DNA of 64,000 bases. Source: Eledone cirrhosa (Eukaryota). The DNA lies in the NCBI GenBank assembly GCA_964016885.1, contig OZ024752.1, forward strand, positions 28,024,001-28,088,000, in the 5' to 3' direction. Numbering within the stretch: position 1 is the first letter of the stretch; every line of letters starts with the position of its first letter. The translations under genes and the position numbers were made by a program. Below, piece after piece: positions 26,173 to 42,200 of this stretch. The notes below the pieces were generated by a model that was not told the origin of the DNA, made no database searches, and saw nothing but the letters and a program-made list of their open reading frames with translations.

Positions 26173-26268
26173 TATATGATAAAGAGTTGGGACCTGATAG
26201 CTGAGTTCTTGCCGTTTCACCGGCTAGTTCCGACGCAAACTAAATCCGCCTGATATATATATATATAT

Positions 26269-26459
26269 AATTGTTTCTACTATTGGCACAAGGCCAGCAA
26301 TTACCCAGTACATTACTGGTACTTTATTTTATCGACCCCCGTAAGGATGAAAGGCAAAGTTTACCTCGGCGGGATTTGAACTCAGAATGGCAATGGCCGT
26401 AACTCTATGCCTCAAACCATGGCGTCCAATCATCTACCGATACTGTCAATTCACCGCCC
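26269..26459 (-). mobile_element. tRNA-derived SINE
   Basis: Full-length reverse copy of the 10550 family. Confidence 0.88.
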
Positions 26460-26478
26460 TATTATATGTATATATGTA

Positions 26479-26527
<49 letters not shown>

Positions 26528-26557
26528 CGCACCAAATTATATATATATATATATATA

Positions 26558-26684
26558 GCGCACCAAAGTATTCAATACTTAGGGTAGTAGAGTGGGTAAT
26601 AGGAACGAGTAGGACCCCGACGGCTGAGCTCAAGCCGTTTCGAAACGGCTTGAGCTCAGCCGTCGGGGTCCTACTCGTTCCTAT
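26558..26684 (-). mobile_element. Fold-back element containing an 86-nt perfect palindrome (26599-26684)
   Basis: ataggaacgag...caagccgtttc|gaaacggcttg...ctcgttcctat. Confidence 0.85.
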
Positions 26685-26902
26685 ATATATATGTATATAT
26701 GTGTAAATGAAGTAATTCCGTCGGAAAAGTCCAGGAAAAAAGAGTGCTCTATGTAGGTAACAGAGATTAATGGTTATGTAATAAACAACATGAGGCAATT
26801 ATTTCATGATGATTGAAAGCAAAATTTTTTGCTTTTAAGAAACCACTGGTAAATGAAATAATTGCCTTATGTTGTTTATTACATAACTATATATATATAA
26901 TA

Positions 26903-27030
26903 TGGCGTGTGGCTGAGTGGTTAGAGAATTGGATTCGCAATCGTAAGGTTGTGAGTTCGATTTCTGAACCAGGTGATGCGTTATGTCCTTGAGCAAAACA
27001 CTTTATTTCACGTTGCTCCTTCTACCTGGA
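26903..27030 (+). mobile_element. Second tRNA-derived SINE family (CORE-like)
   Basis: Box A tggctgagtgg, box B gagttcgattt, then tgtccttgagcaaaacactttatttcacgttgctcc. Related fragments at about 11985-12055. Confidence 0.7.
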
Positions 27031-27112
27031 GTTCCGATAGATAGTATTAGCAATTGGAAAGACCAACGGAAACATTGTTCCCTCGGTCCGATTTGACGAA
27101 AGTCGATCGTTC

Positions 27113-27169
<57 letters not shown>

Positions 27170-27172
27170 CTG

Positions 27173-27205
<33 letters not shown>

Positions 27206-27546
27206 GTATATATATGCATATATATGTATAATAACGGAGCAAAGGACTCGCGTATAATCCTGTAATTAAATGAGTTCAAAGGAAAGAGTTTTCCTGGGCA
27301 CTCTAAAATACGATATATAGTGGGGAAAAACATAAAATAGCGTGTTTTTCTTTACAGGAATTTCAAACCACCAGCGTGAAGAGAATATAAGCTACTAGAG
27401 TCATAGGAAAAACATTAAAATTAAAAGTATAAATTGAAATGAGAACTTTTAATTTTAAATCACACATGTACACACCCACCAGGAACATGCTTCGCCATTT
27501 TAGTGGGTTCCAATACGGCCTGGTGGGTCATCAGCATCTGGAAGGC

Positions 27547-27622
<76 letters not shown>

Positions 27623-27712
27623 CGAAGAAAGTGTGGTAAGGAACCAGAAATAGCCGTCGAAACGGCTTGAGCTCTGCCGTCGGGGTTAAACATTTTCATA
27701 TATATATATATA

Positions 27713-28804
<1,092 letters not shown>

Positions 28805-29501
28805 ACATTATTGATATGTGTCTCATTCATGAATATTGATATTTACATTATAATACCTAATTCATATGAATTGATAATTCAAATGGATGAAACATAATAT
28901 TTTAAATCTATCATCTTTCTTTCTGAATATATCTATTTTCTTCTCCTCCTCCCTCTACACTTGACGGGATTTATGTATCGGCTGATTTAACTGTATCTCT
29001 CCCACCTCGTATGATAGATATTACTCGATCTACCTCTTTTCTCCCACCACCTATATCTCTCTATACCTCTCTTTATCTATTTTTATTTTTATTTCTCTCC
29101 GTATCCTTAACACTATAACTAAATAAATAAATAAATAATTACAGTACCCCCTTCCCTCCTTAAACTCTCATTTGTACGTTGATCATCTGTGCCCAAGCTG
29201 CCTATCATTTTTCACTTCCTCAATATATTTCTCTCTCCCATATCTCTTTCTCTATCTCGCTCTGTTGTTTTTTCTTTACATACATCTCTTCACCTTCTTC
29301 GTCTTCCTCTCTAACTGTCCTTAGCACTATACATTTTCTTTCTTCTTCTCTTCGTCCTTAGCACTATACACTTTCCTTCTTTTTTCTCTTCGTCTTTCTT
29401 TCTAACTGTCCTTAACATTTTCACTACCAAATCAACTTTTTAAATGGAAGTTGTAATGTTTAAGGTATGTCAAATTTATTTATAAAACGGTTTATATATT
29501 A

Positions 29502-29567
29502 TATTTTGTCTGAGGAAGGCATACCATATTTTTAATATGATATCCCTGAAATATATATAATGAAATA
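29502..29567 (+). ncRNA. Hammerhead ribozyme (23078/41356 family)
   Basis: tattttgt CTGAGGA aggcataccatatt ttt aatatgatatccct GAAA tatata TA atgaaata. Confidence 0.68.
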
Positions 29568-29607
29568 AATATGGTTTTATAAATATAGTTTCCATTTGTT
29601 TAATATC

Positions 29608-29679
<72 letters not shown>

Positions 29680-29700
29680 ATGTATATATAAATATATATC

Positions 29701-29848
<148 letters not shown>

Positions 29849-31864
29849 ATATATATTTATGGGATAACAAGTTATCGTTATAGGTAATCCATAAAGGATA
29901 ACATTTTTGCCATCAGTAGTTGTAATTTAGTTTATACTACTGGGCGTTGGTTCATGTTTTTTACTGATGGTGGAAGAGGTATTCACGTGAAGAAATGTGG
30001 GATTAGTTCAATAGGAGAGTGTAAAGTGATTGGTCATTGATTATATAGAGAATAAAGGTTTGTGTTATTGGATTTACAAATGCATTGTTGAAAGACAGAC
30101 GACTAAAAATATGTTCTGCTTTCTGCTTTTAAATTTTTTTTATTTTTAGAACTTCTCTAGTCGTCTATATGGCAACATATTTTTAAAATGTCGATTTATT
30201 GTGGGCTGAGATTTTAGGTATTGCTAAGCTATAAACAAACATATCAGCAACATATCTATACTAAAATTGATATTTTCATTAGTGTTGTTTCATTCGACAA
30301 ATTTGAACTTAATAATAGATTGCAAAAGTATATTCCCGTTATTAGAGAGCCATACATATGAAAATAACATTACAAACAGGAAGCTTTCATGTCTACATAA
30401 CTACATCATTCAAACATGATTCTATCTTTAATTTTAAGTTTAAAATATTATATCCAAATTTAAAAGTTTATATGATTTCAAAATAACCATAAAACACATT
30501 TCAATATTGAATAACTTAGATGAATAGGATGACAAAATAAATGAGTATTGGATTTTGTTTAATCGATAGTATGAGTAAATATTTTTGTCCGCGATTGGAA
30601 AAAGATACTTGCAGTTAGATTCGCAGATATAAATTTTACATTATATAGAATATGTGGAATGTCAATAAATGCGTACATATTTAATATATTAGCTATGTTT
30701 CTTCGAGACAATAAAAACAAACGTGCATATGATTTGGCAAAATAATAAATAGGTCTTTTCTCACAGTATTTTCGTTTTTATATGGATGTTGCTGACGTAA
30801 TACAGAACAGATGTTGGAAACAAATTCAAAATATTAAGGACAATATATTTTGAAAACTTTAAGAAAACACATCTAAATCACCAAGCTGGAGTTATATCGG
30901 TCAAATATGTCTTGATTATATACCAAGTAAAATCAATGAACAGGCAAAATAATACATACCCCTTCTTTCGGTAAACGAAATTACTCGCAACGGCTGCTTC
31001 GCCCCAAGGCCCTGTCGGACTTAGAACCCGCCGCGCCGCCGGCTTTGACCGCCAAATAGTACATTTAAATTCTAGACGTAATCATAACTATTAGCTATAT
31101 CATGCCTCCCTCTACTAGCACGTAACTAAATCCCCCTCCTGTGTGAATTACTAGTAATCGTTTGGTAGAAACGATGGCCAGGCGGCGGTGGCGGACTTCC
31201 CGCTAACACACCCGACGCCTAAGACAGTTACATTCCTGGAGTGCTCGGAAAAATTAATTTCCATTTCTTTCGCTAGACGATATTACTCGGAACGGCTGGC
31301 ACGTGGAGGGTCCGCAGTCGTCGCTGGTTATTGGCCGCTAAGTAAGGGCTTAATCTTTACTCTATACCCTACCCTGAAAATGTATCGTGCTTATGTATAA
31401 TACACTTAAACTTTTTCATAAAAGCCTCCTTCTGTAAATTCTTTAACTAAATCTCACAACTCAAACCTTAAACCTTATTTTTCTAATTTCATCCTATAAC
31501 TCTAAACATAAGTTTAACGTTTCTAATTGTTAACTGAAATTTCTGTCCACACATTATACCATACAGACACCCACTATATATGTCTTTGTTGAAGATATAT
31601 GTTCTTTAGAAAAAAGATTTTTCGCGGCAATTTCTAGCACGCATGATCAGCCTGATTGAGGCATGACCTCAACGCTGACATTTCTCTTTGACGGAGAGGT
31701 AGTAGCACATTATAAACTTGCGCCCCTTCACCAGATGGACATAAGTAGACTTAATAAGCAACACTTGGCGGCGGCCGACTGAGGTAGAAGCTGCTAAATA
31801 GTCGGTTGTCCTCTTGTTTCAGCCCCATGGATTTTATCTGTTATATTCCTTTGTTATATTTTGA

Positions 31865-31922
31865 ATACCTGATGATGTCACCGGATTCATACTGAACCCG
31901 GTCATTGAAATGATCATAGTAT
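31865..31922 (+). ncRNA. Minimal hammerhead ribozyme in a probable solo PLE pseudo-LTR (about 31700-32120)
   Basis: atac CTGATGA tgtcaccggattca tac tgaacccggtcatt GAAA tgatca TA gtat; palindromic TGATCA helix III. Confidence 0.78.
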
Positions 31923-32139
31923 AATAAACCTTTCAAGGATTTACACTAGTCCACCCTCCTGTTATTTTATAATAATTAACTCCATACTCACACCGCCAAC
32001 AACACTAACGAAGACGGGTGAGTTGCATTACGTTGAGAGCTCTCCCTAATATTACATCGAATTTGACCATACGGAAGGACCAGTTCTATCCAGTGGTGAA
32101 CCAGCAAACCTAAATAAATAAATATATATATATATATAT

Positions 32140-32320
32140 TAAAAAATTCAGGACCCCGACGGCTGAGCTCCGGCCGTTTCGACAGATGTCAAAACGGCCG
32201 GAGCTCAGCCGTCGGGGTCCTGAATCTTTTCATATTACCCACTCTACTACCCTAAGTATCGAGTACTCTGGTGCGTCATGGTCCACCTAGTATCTTACCA
32301 CACCTTTGTTCTTTGTTATA
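32140..32320 (+). mobile_element. Fold-back element, gacggctgagctc family variant
   Basis: attcaggaccccgacggctgagctccggccgttt / aaacggccggagctcagccgtcggggtcctgaat plus the family tail. Confidence 0.8.
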
Positions 32321-32445
32321 TAAGGAAAAGAAATGCAACTGGAGTCTTTCAAGAATATTTATTTATTTATGCTACCAGTTTTACAGTTATCATTTTCAAA
32401 AGTAAAATTGAGACGGAGGGTTTGTGTTTCTGTTGTGGTTGTCTA

Positions 32446-32529
<84 letters not shown>

Positions 32530-32531
32530 TA

Positions 32532-32628
<97 letters not shown>

Positions 32629-33000
32629 ATATAGCACCTGCCGTTATCAAAACCAAATAGTACCTACAAATAACCCAGAATTAGTATTTATTAAGGTTTA
32701 TTTGATTTAAGGGAACAATATTTTATTTCTTTAGAAATGTATCTTTCATGAAAAGAAATTTAATCATTTTTCGGTATGTTTATCTCAGTCCGGTGTAGAG
32801 TGCACTATCCTTACAGGCTCATGATTTGTAGATATAATATATTTCATCATTACATTTTCAAAATGACATACAAAATTCAAATTTATTAAATAAAATTACG
32901 TGATCATGGGAATGCTATTCATCTTTGGTTATCATCAATTTGACCAGCTGCAACAATTTGTGTGCAAAAAATAGTTATCTTGATTTAATAAGTATTTTTA

Positions 33001-33180
33001 CATTTGGCACAAGGCCAGCAATTCTCCCAGTGTATTATTTCTGCTTTATTTTATCGACACCGTAAGGATGAAAGGCAAAGTTAACCTCAGCGGGATTTGA
33101 ACTCAGATCATAAAGGGACGTAACTCTTTGCTGCAAAGCATGGCGTCCGACCCTCTACCAATACTGCCAATCCACCATCC
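33001..33180 (-). mobile_element. tRNA-derived SINE
   Basis: Reverse copy of the 10550 family. Confidence 0.85.
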
Positions 33181-33589
33181 TCTTGATTTAATAATTATGT
33201 CTATTCGGTCATTCTTTTATAGTCAGATAATTTTCTCTTGCAGACAGTTTTTCGGAAATGGAAACCTTATATCATTTTATATGTTTCAATGTATTTAGGT
33301 TCCAATTTTAATTATCAGATCTTTCTCCCCTTTCATTTGCGATGATTAAAGACTAATGTAGCTTTGTTACTTTTTCCATTCAGTTATACTAAATAGTTTT
33401 GGAAATTGTGCGTGAGAAGGAAGCAAACCTATTTACGTTTTGTTTTAATTTTAATTTTATTTTATATACAAATTATGTCCTGCATCAAAGAATAGTACGC
33501 CACAATGAAATGTAGTAGAAACCCACTAAGAGCGGCCTTGGTTTTTGATGTTTGGATAATGGAAATTGGGAATAATAGTAACAGCAACG

Positions 33590-33910
33590 AAATAAGATTC
33601 TACCTCTTGGGAATACTCCCACGATTTCTCCTCGCGTGTATCGCAACTAAAAATCATATGTGGTGGCCGTATCGCTATCCGCCAACTGCGATCCGTTCTT
33701 TACCAGAAGAGCTCTGTCTAGGAGAGAAAAACAGCAGGAAGCCCTGCGATAAACCCTGACCAGGATGGTTGTATAATATCCATAAGCTCGGCTGGTCTCG
33801 CTTGGGTATCCAACCGGATCAAGTGATGACGGTTGCTTCAGACAGAACACACAGGAAAGAATTCCCCCATGACAATAGTGGGCGAAGAAGATCACCAACA
33901 ACAACAACAG
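33590..33910 (+). mobile_element. RTE-like LINE 3' remnant with (AAC)n tail
   Basis: RKPCDKP*PGWLYNIHKLGWSRLGIQPDQVMTVASDR, homologous to 52608-52841 and to RTE C-termini (RP.GRP..RW.D). Confidence 0.65.
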
Positions 33911-34167
33911 CTTAACAACTAAATAGCCAAAATCATCCCTCTTGCTATGCCTTCCATGGGAATAAGCATGAAATGTACAGACAAATCTTTTTGACAAGAT
34001 CACAGGGAAACCAACAATGTACGGGGTTAAAAAATTGTACCCACATCAACTACTCACCTTCCCAGGACTCTCCAACTAATGTATACATGCCTGAGGTCTC
34101 TGGTTCAGACCCGGCCTGAAGATGAAATAAAATGGAAATCAAGTGAAAAATACAAAATGATAATAAT

Positions 34168-34576
34168 AATGTTTCTATTTTTGGCAAAAGGTCAGCAATT
34201 ATCCCAATGCATTATTGGTACTTTATTTTAACGACCCCATAAAGATGAAATGCAAAGTTAACCTCGGTGGGATTTGAGCTCAGACTGTAAAGGGCCGTAA
34301 CTCTATGCTGCAAATCATGGCGTTGGACGCTCTACCGATAATGTCAATCCAAATTATAATGGTTTCTTATATAGGCACAAGGCCAGCAATTTTGGGGGAG
34401 GGGAAAGTCGATTAAATCGACCCCAGTGCATTACTGGTGCTTTATTTTATCGACCCCGTAAGGATGAAAGGCAAAGTTAACCTCGGCGGGATTTGAACTC
34501 AGACAGTAAAGGGCTTTAACTCTATGCTGCAAAGCATGGTGTATGACACTCTACCGATACTGCCAAACCACCGCCA
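34168..34576 (-). mobile_element. Two tandem tRNA-derived SINEs (about 34168-34350 and 34358-34576)
   Basis: Two reverse copies; the second retains the internal gtcgatttaatcgac segment. Confidence 0.85.
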
Positions 34577-34599
34577 TAACCAATCCACCGAGGGAAATT

Positions 34600-35175
34600 A
34601 TGAAACTAGATATTACAATAAAAATAAGCTGACAATGGTGTCGATACTGACAGGATGTATCTACAAGAGAAGAGGAAGGTAGAAGTTTGGTTCATCACGA
34701 ACAAACTATAAAATGACTAATATAGGACAAGACACCTACCTCTCAATATCACATGACTGTCTTATAAAACATGTTAAAAATCACAAAAGTAGAATGAAAC
34801 TACACTGCATAATGGAATTAAGAACTGAATATAGCTGGAATAAGACAACATTTCAGCCAAACAACAACACCTGCTCACAGAAGAACTGAAACAGGAAAAC
34901 TGGGAAGAGAATATTATTCATGGAATATACAAATATTTCTTTGAAGAGGCAACAAGAAGTAAATCAATGGCTCAGTAGCATTGGACTCAAAGATGAGACA
35001 GAGGGTTTTGTCATTGGAGTTCAAGATCAAAGTCTTATCACCAGGCCGTATTAGCAACGTATGTTAGCAAAGACAAATGCGTGTGATTTGTGAAATCTTT
35101 TACGATAGCAGTGATCACATTCTCTCCAGCTGCCTAGTATTAGCCTCGAAATAATAAAACTTATATATCCACCGC
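34600..35175 (+). mobile_element. Older decayed R4/Dong-like LINE fragment (different family)
   Basis: Remnants DTDRMYL..., WLSSIGLKDETEGFVIGVQDQSL and DHILSSCLVLA, collinear with the 7451 element. Confidence 0.7.
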
Positions 35176-35785
35176 TAGAAAAATGCTAATCGAGAACTAC
35201 AAAGAAAAGAGGAATGGAATAATGAAAACAAATGAGTAGAAAGGGAGGAATTAAAGATAAGGCAAATGAACAGAAAGCAGAAAGAAGCCGAAATGAAAAA
35301 AAATGGTATAGAAAGTAAATGAGGAGAAGGAAGAGAAGAGAGATGCCCAAAGGAAAGAAGAAAATAATTAAAAAGAAACGACTACTTTTGAGAATAGGTA
35401 AGAGGAAAGAACAAAGGATAGAAGGAATAAAAGTAATTAACAAATGTAGGGAAACCAAAAGAAAGTAAAATGTATGAAGAGAGGAATGACAAAGCAAAGA
35501 AAATAACCACTGAAACAATAGAATAGAACTAAGATAATTGAAGGATGTTGAGGTAAAGTTGTTAAATGTCCTTAATGTATTGAGAGATAAATATAAAAGG
35601 AGCGGTTTTAATGAGTGTGTGTGTTGTGAAGGTGATGTATTATTGTTTGTAGTTAGTATTGTTAAGTTCTGGCTTCACTGCTGTTAATTATTTGGCTATT
35701 TAGCGAGAAGGTAAACAAAAGGAGTAACAGTTGAAGCAAGTGGAAAGGGTTATATACGCGACGTGTAATGTATATGTGTGTATTT

Positions 35786-35845
<60 letters not shown>

Positions 35846-35935
35846 TTGTGTGTGTGTGAGGGGAGGCTGTATGTGTAATCATATATACACATACATATGC
35901 ACACACACTTGTATACACATTCACTCACACAGATA

Positions 35936-35982
35936 TATATAATGTATGTATGTATATATATATATATATGTATATGTATATG

Positions 35983-36057
<75 letters not shown>

Positions 36058-36059
36058 GT

Positions 36060-36150
<91 letters not shown>

Positions 36151-36180
36151 TATGTATTTATATATATATGTGTGTGTGTT

Positions 36181-36216
<36 letters not shown>

Positions 36217-36230
36217 AATGTATGAATATA

Positions 36231-36278
<48 letters not shown>

Positions 36279-36338
36279 CATATATATATATGTATATACA
36301 TATATGTATATATACATATATATATGTATGTGTGTATT

Positions 36339-36377
<39 letters not shown>

Positions 36378-36426
36378 GTATACATACATATATATATGTA
36401 TGTATATGTATATATATTTATATATA

Positions 36427-36479
<53 letters not shown>

Positions 36480-36592
36480 GTATGAATATATATATATGTA
36501 TATGCATATATACACATATATATATATATACATATATATATATATGTATATATATATATGTATATATACATATATATATGTATGTGTGTATT

Positions 36593-36627
<35 letters not shown>

Positions 36628-36681
36628 GTATACATATATATATGTATGTATATCTATATGTGTGTGAGTGTGTGTGTATAC

Positions 36682-36712
<31 letters not shown>

Positions 36713-36760
36713 CGTGTGTATATATGAACATATTTACATATATAAGTCTGTACGTATATA
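35936..36760. repeat. Long degenerate (TA)n/(TG)n microsatellite with an internal ~260-nt duplication
   Basis: ataaatgtatgaatatat recurs at about 36215 and 36475. Similar tracts at 41550-42010, 44700-45530, 45910-46790 and 56390-57686. Confidence 0.85.
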
Positions 36761-37619
36761 TCCACTTACCTGTATAGTTGAAATCATATAGTTAAATGTA
36801 TATGTTTATAAAATAATTTACAATAAAATTTGACATTTTTAAGTCACTCACCCCTCTCTCCCTCTCTCCCTCTCCTCTCTTGCTCCATACCAATCACTAT
36901 CTCTTTCTGCTCCCCTCTCTCACTCTCATTCTTTCTGAATTTCTCTCTCTCTGACCCACCTCTCTCCCTCTCTCTCTCCCACTCTCTCTCTCTCTCTCTC
37001 TCTTTCTCTTTCACTATCTCTCTTTCCATATCAATCAGAATCTCTTTCTCCACCTCTATCTCTCTCTCCCCTCTCTCTCACCCCCCTCGCTCCATACTCT
37101 CTGTCTCTTCTCCTCTCCTTTGCAACCTTAACGGAGCTGTAAATGAACAAAATATTCCATAGAAATCACTATTCTTACATAATGTGGATCCTGTTCCAAT
37201 ATTGAACCGTATTCAAAGTGCCACCTCCTTTCACTCTGCAAAGCCTCAATTACCAGGAATCCTATTGATGTAACACTTTCTCTTAATAAAACAACAATTA
37301 TTTACATTCACAATCACCATCATGTTCACCACGAGCAGTACTAGAACCTCCATTGCCAATTCCTCCACAACAATAACCAACAACACCATGAGCTTCTCCC
37401 ACAATATAACAAAGAATTAATACAATATCGTAGCCATTACATCTATCATTAATGCCATGAGAACAATACCATATTATCACTATCATCAGAACTACAAAAA
37501 CACACAGTTAACACACCGCCTCATACACCAACACACCCATTTACACCACTAATACTAATACTATTACCAGCATAGACACTACCACTCTAAAAGAGAGTAT
37601 TATATGCTAAACTTGATGG

Positions 37620-37810
37620 TGTACTGTATGTGGAGACTATTTGCAAGGCGGAGTGATTATGTGTCTGGCTATTGAATTACTTTCTCTATATAAGCTTGGC
37701 TCTGAAGCGAGACCAGTGTCCAGTTTGTGAACAAAGTCATAGCTAACACATTAGCTTTGAAGATTAACAACTCTAAACCCGACCTTAAACACCAATAACC
37801 AACACCAAAC
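37620..37810 (+). promoter_or_regulatory. Core promoter and 5'UTR of S-crystallin gene 2 (TATATAA at 37687-37693)
   Basis: Conserved with the gene 1 promoter. Confidence 0.8.
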
Positions 37811-37943
37811 ATGCCTTCCTACACTCTCCACTACTTCAACCACCGTGGCCGTGCTGAGATCTGCCGTATGCTCTTTGCAGCTGCTGGTGTCAAGTACAAC
37901 GACCGCAGGATCGAAAACTCAGAATGGGACAACATGAGAAACA
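37811..37943 (+). CDS. S-crystallin gene 2, exon 1
   Basis: [44 protein letters not shown] plus 1 nt; GTACGT donor; 133 nt, as in gene 1. Confidence 0.96.
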
Positions 37944-38180
37944 GTACGTAAATGTTTCATATATACTACATATTTGTGTATGTATACGCATATATACATA
38001 CAGACACACAAACACACATATATATATATATATATATATACATAGATGTAGATAAACACATAGTAGATACATACATACATATATGTATATATATATATTG
38101 AATGTGTCCTTTTTTTATTATGCATATATACAAGTATATATATAAGTATATATATATAAGTATATATATATATATATATA

Positions 38181-38241
<61 letters not shown>

Positions 38242-38276
38242 TATATATATATATAAGTATATATATATATATATAA

Positions 38277-38309
<33 letters not shown>

Positions 38310-38330
38310 TATATATATATATATATATAA

Positions 38331-38428
<98 letters not shown>

Positions 38429-38594
38429 GTTTGTATATGTATAATAAAGCCAAAACAATGCAGGTATGGACATAGAATAAAGAATGCAAATGCAAAAGAT
38501 ATTGTTGACAATTAGTCTTTTACCTTAGATTTATTTAAATGTCCTTAATTTTCGAGATAATATCTCTTCTTCGGAGGGAAGTGAAGCGGTTAAA

Positions 38595-38650
38595 CCAGTG
38601 TTCTAAATAGCTTGCCAAGTCATGACTTGGCAAGCTATTTAGAACACTGG
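38595..38650. repeat. 56-nt perfect palindrome
   Basis: ccagtgttctaaatagcttgccaagtca|tgacttggcaagctatttagaacactgg. Confidence 0.9.
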
Positions 38651-38845
38651 AGGTGAGTTTTATTGTAGCACAATAAAGCAATGCAAATATCGGATAATTA
38701 GCACTCAATAGTGTATATATATATGTTGACTTAACACTTCACTGCTCGCAAGTGTTTTTTAAGCTTCATATCATGTCTCCCTATTTTATCATTTTGAAAT
38801 GCGCATAATAAAATACATGGAACTCTTTTAACCATATTTTGATCT

Positions 38846-38883
<38 letters not shown>

Positions 38884-39459
38884 TTGTATGTATGCTTAAA
38901 AAAACATGAAACATTCAATCGAATTGAAATTTACACATAAGCTCTTTCGCAAGCCGCCATTTTCTTTTCTTCTAAAGATCAGCGACTTCTAGACTTCTAG
39001 ATACACTTCAATGTAACCCTTAGATAACATTATTGGCGAAACATGTCATATATTTAGGTTTGTTTATTTTTGAAAACTTGTTCTAACTTAGAAATTATGC
39101 TCTGGCATACAATCTAGAGATTACAAAAACTTTCCAGCGTTTCTACGATTTTTAGGATGCAGAAACCATTATCCAAACGTCTAAAATCTGTTGAAATGCT
39201 GCACTAATCCAACTCTATAGTAGCAAAATGTAATCTATAACATTCGAAAACATATTTTCTTATTATAACTACGTAGACTAGTAGTGATTGTAACAAAGTA
39301 ATTGTGACATGAATATTTATGCAAAAGAGCTTAATGTTTCTTAAAACATTCACATCTCAATATGACAGATTCGAAAGTATATAGGTAGACAAGGGACATT
39401 TACATGAAAAGATCTTACTGTGTTTTTCATATAATTACATGCCAGTGGAGTAGAACTAG

Positions 39460-39841
<382 letters not shown>

Positions 39842-40329
39842 ATATATAGTGTGATGACAACACCCCAGTGATAAAATTTGCTCCGGACATAACACCCGTG
39901 TCTGAAAGAAGCCGCAGAAGTAGAATCAGCCAGATCCATACAAGGACCATGATTCGAGCTACATGCCGGCGAAACATTTGTAACACGAAATAAACTAAGT
40001 CCAGATGCATCACTGATTTTTCGTTTTCTTTATAATACCTACACTCTACTCTGATGAATATCGCGTGCTAATTTTGGCATACCGCCTATGGAAGCACCAT
40101 AGCTACCACTACACACAACTATATATATATATATATATTAGTAAAAGGAAAAGAAAATGCTGACAAATTTTTCCCAGTGAAAAATAGTTTAATTAGGAAT
40201 AAGTATAAATTAGTAATAAGTATTGGTTAGTATTCAGTTTTATTTTTAAGTTTTTACCGGTTGCGCATTTCTAATGCATTTCAAAAATAATGTTGAGATA
40301 GAGCGCTCGTGATGTTTGCTCTAATCTAT

Positions 40330-40630
40330 ATATATACAATGATATTAAATAAATGGACACAATATTTATAAAAGCATATTTATTCTATTATATACATTTT
40401 AAGGGTATCAAAACTTTGGTAAGCTATCATCAGATAAAACTCGAAGTGTGTTTTATAAATTTTGACAAAACCAAGGAAAATATATGTTAACGGTTCAACT
40501 TTTCCAAGGAAAGCTTGAACCGTTAAGGTATATCTGATGATAGCGTACCAAAGGTTTGGTACCCTTGAATATATAATATAATAAATATGGTTTTATAAAT
40601 ATAGTTTCCATTTATTTAATATCATTGTAT
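40330..40630. mobile_element. Diverged fold-back PLE terminus with two decayed hammerheads
   Basis: Arms end in tccatttatttaatatcattg; CTGATGA is retained but GAAA is mutated in both arms. Confidence 0.7.
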
Positions 40631-40645
40631 ATATATATATATATA

Positions 40646-40726
<81 letters not shown>

Positions 40727-40995
40727 ATATATATTTATATATACACACATATATATATATATATACACACATATATATAAATATACACAGACACATATAT
40801 ATATATATACATACATATATATATATATATACATATATACATAAACATATACATACAGATATCTATACATATATACATACACATATACATACACATATAA
40901 ATACATATATATATATACACATATATATACATATATATATATACACATATATATACATATATATATACATATATATAAATACACATATATATATA

Positions 40996-41552
40996 TGATA
41001 TTAAACAAATGGAAACTATATTTATAAAACCATATTTATTTCATTATACATATTTCAGGGATACCATATTAAAAATATGGCATGCCTTCTTCAGATAAAA
41101 TACAATATATAAGCAGTTTTATAAATAAATTTGACGTACCATAAATATTGATCAACTTCCATGTGCGAAGTTGGTTTGGTAGTAAAGAGCTTTGAGAAGT
41201 GAAACCTGTTATACGAGCATTGTATGTGCTTTGAAGAAACGATAAGAAGCTAGTTTCAACAAAGGAGCGAGCATTGGATCTGAATACTGCCTAGCATGGA
41301 AGTTGATCAATATTTATGGTACGTCAAATTTATTTATAAAACTGCTTATATATTGTATTTTATCTGAAGAAGGCATGCCATATTTTTAATATGGTATCCC
41401 TGAAATATGTATAATGAAATAAATATGGTTTTATAAATATAGTTTCCATTTGTTTAATATCGTATATCTACTCCAAAACTTGTTGAATGCTTTATATCAG
41501 TTATAAAATATTTACATGTTGTAACCCAACAATTTTAAATAAAACTTTTGCA
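40996..41552 (+). mobile_element. Fold-back PLE terminus (near-perfect ~165-nt arms 40997-41163 and 41297-41461)
   Basis: Directly visible inverted repeat plus tail; same family as 23039, 29445-29610 and 51161-51247. Confidence 0.85.
41356..41421 (+). ncRNA. Hammerhead ribozyme (inverse copy at 41037-41102, - strand)
   Basis: tattttat CTGAAGA aggcatgccatatt ttt aatatggtatccct GAAA tatgta TA atgaaata. Confidence 0.75.
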
Positions 41553-41644
41553 TGTATATATATATACCTACATATATATATACACACATATATACACATA
41601 TATATATACATACATATATATATATACACACATATATATATACA

Positions 41645-41700
<56 letters not shown>

Positions 41701-41949
41701 TATATACATACATATATATATATAGATACATATATATATACACACACATATATATATATACATACATATATATATATACATATATATATACATATATATA
41801 TACATATATATATACATATATATATACATATATATATATATACATATATATACATATATATATATATACATATATATACATATATATATATATACATATA
41901 CATATATATATACATATATATATACATATATATATATACATATATATAC

Positions 41950-41981
<32 letters not shown>

Positions 41982-42007
41982 ATATATATATATCCATATA
42001 TATACAT

Positions 42008-42200
42008 ATAGTAACGAGTAGAGCCCCGACGGCTGAGCTCAACCCGTTTCGACGGCTAATTCTGGACTAATTAGCCGTCGAAACGGCTTGAGCTCAGCCG
42101 TCGGGGCCTACTCGTTCCTATTACCCACTCTACTACCCTAAGTATTGAGTACTTTGGTGCGTTACGGTCCACCTGGTTCCTTACCACATTTCCTTCGTTA
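42008..42200 (+). mobile_element. Fold-back element, gacggctgagctc family
   Basis: Same structure as 407-630. Confidence 0.8.

Noticed and set aside
35186-35518. Hydrophobic 110-aa ORF (also 36830-37162, 10898-11257 and 58156-58584)
   Set aside because: Translations of purine/pyrimidine low-complexity DNA, or antisense to PLE sequence.
40045-40105. CTGATGA...GGAA hammerhead-like relic (similar relics at about 8660-8690 and 54030-54060)
   Set aside because: Core and helix I are too degenerate to call.
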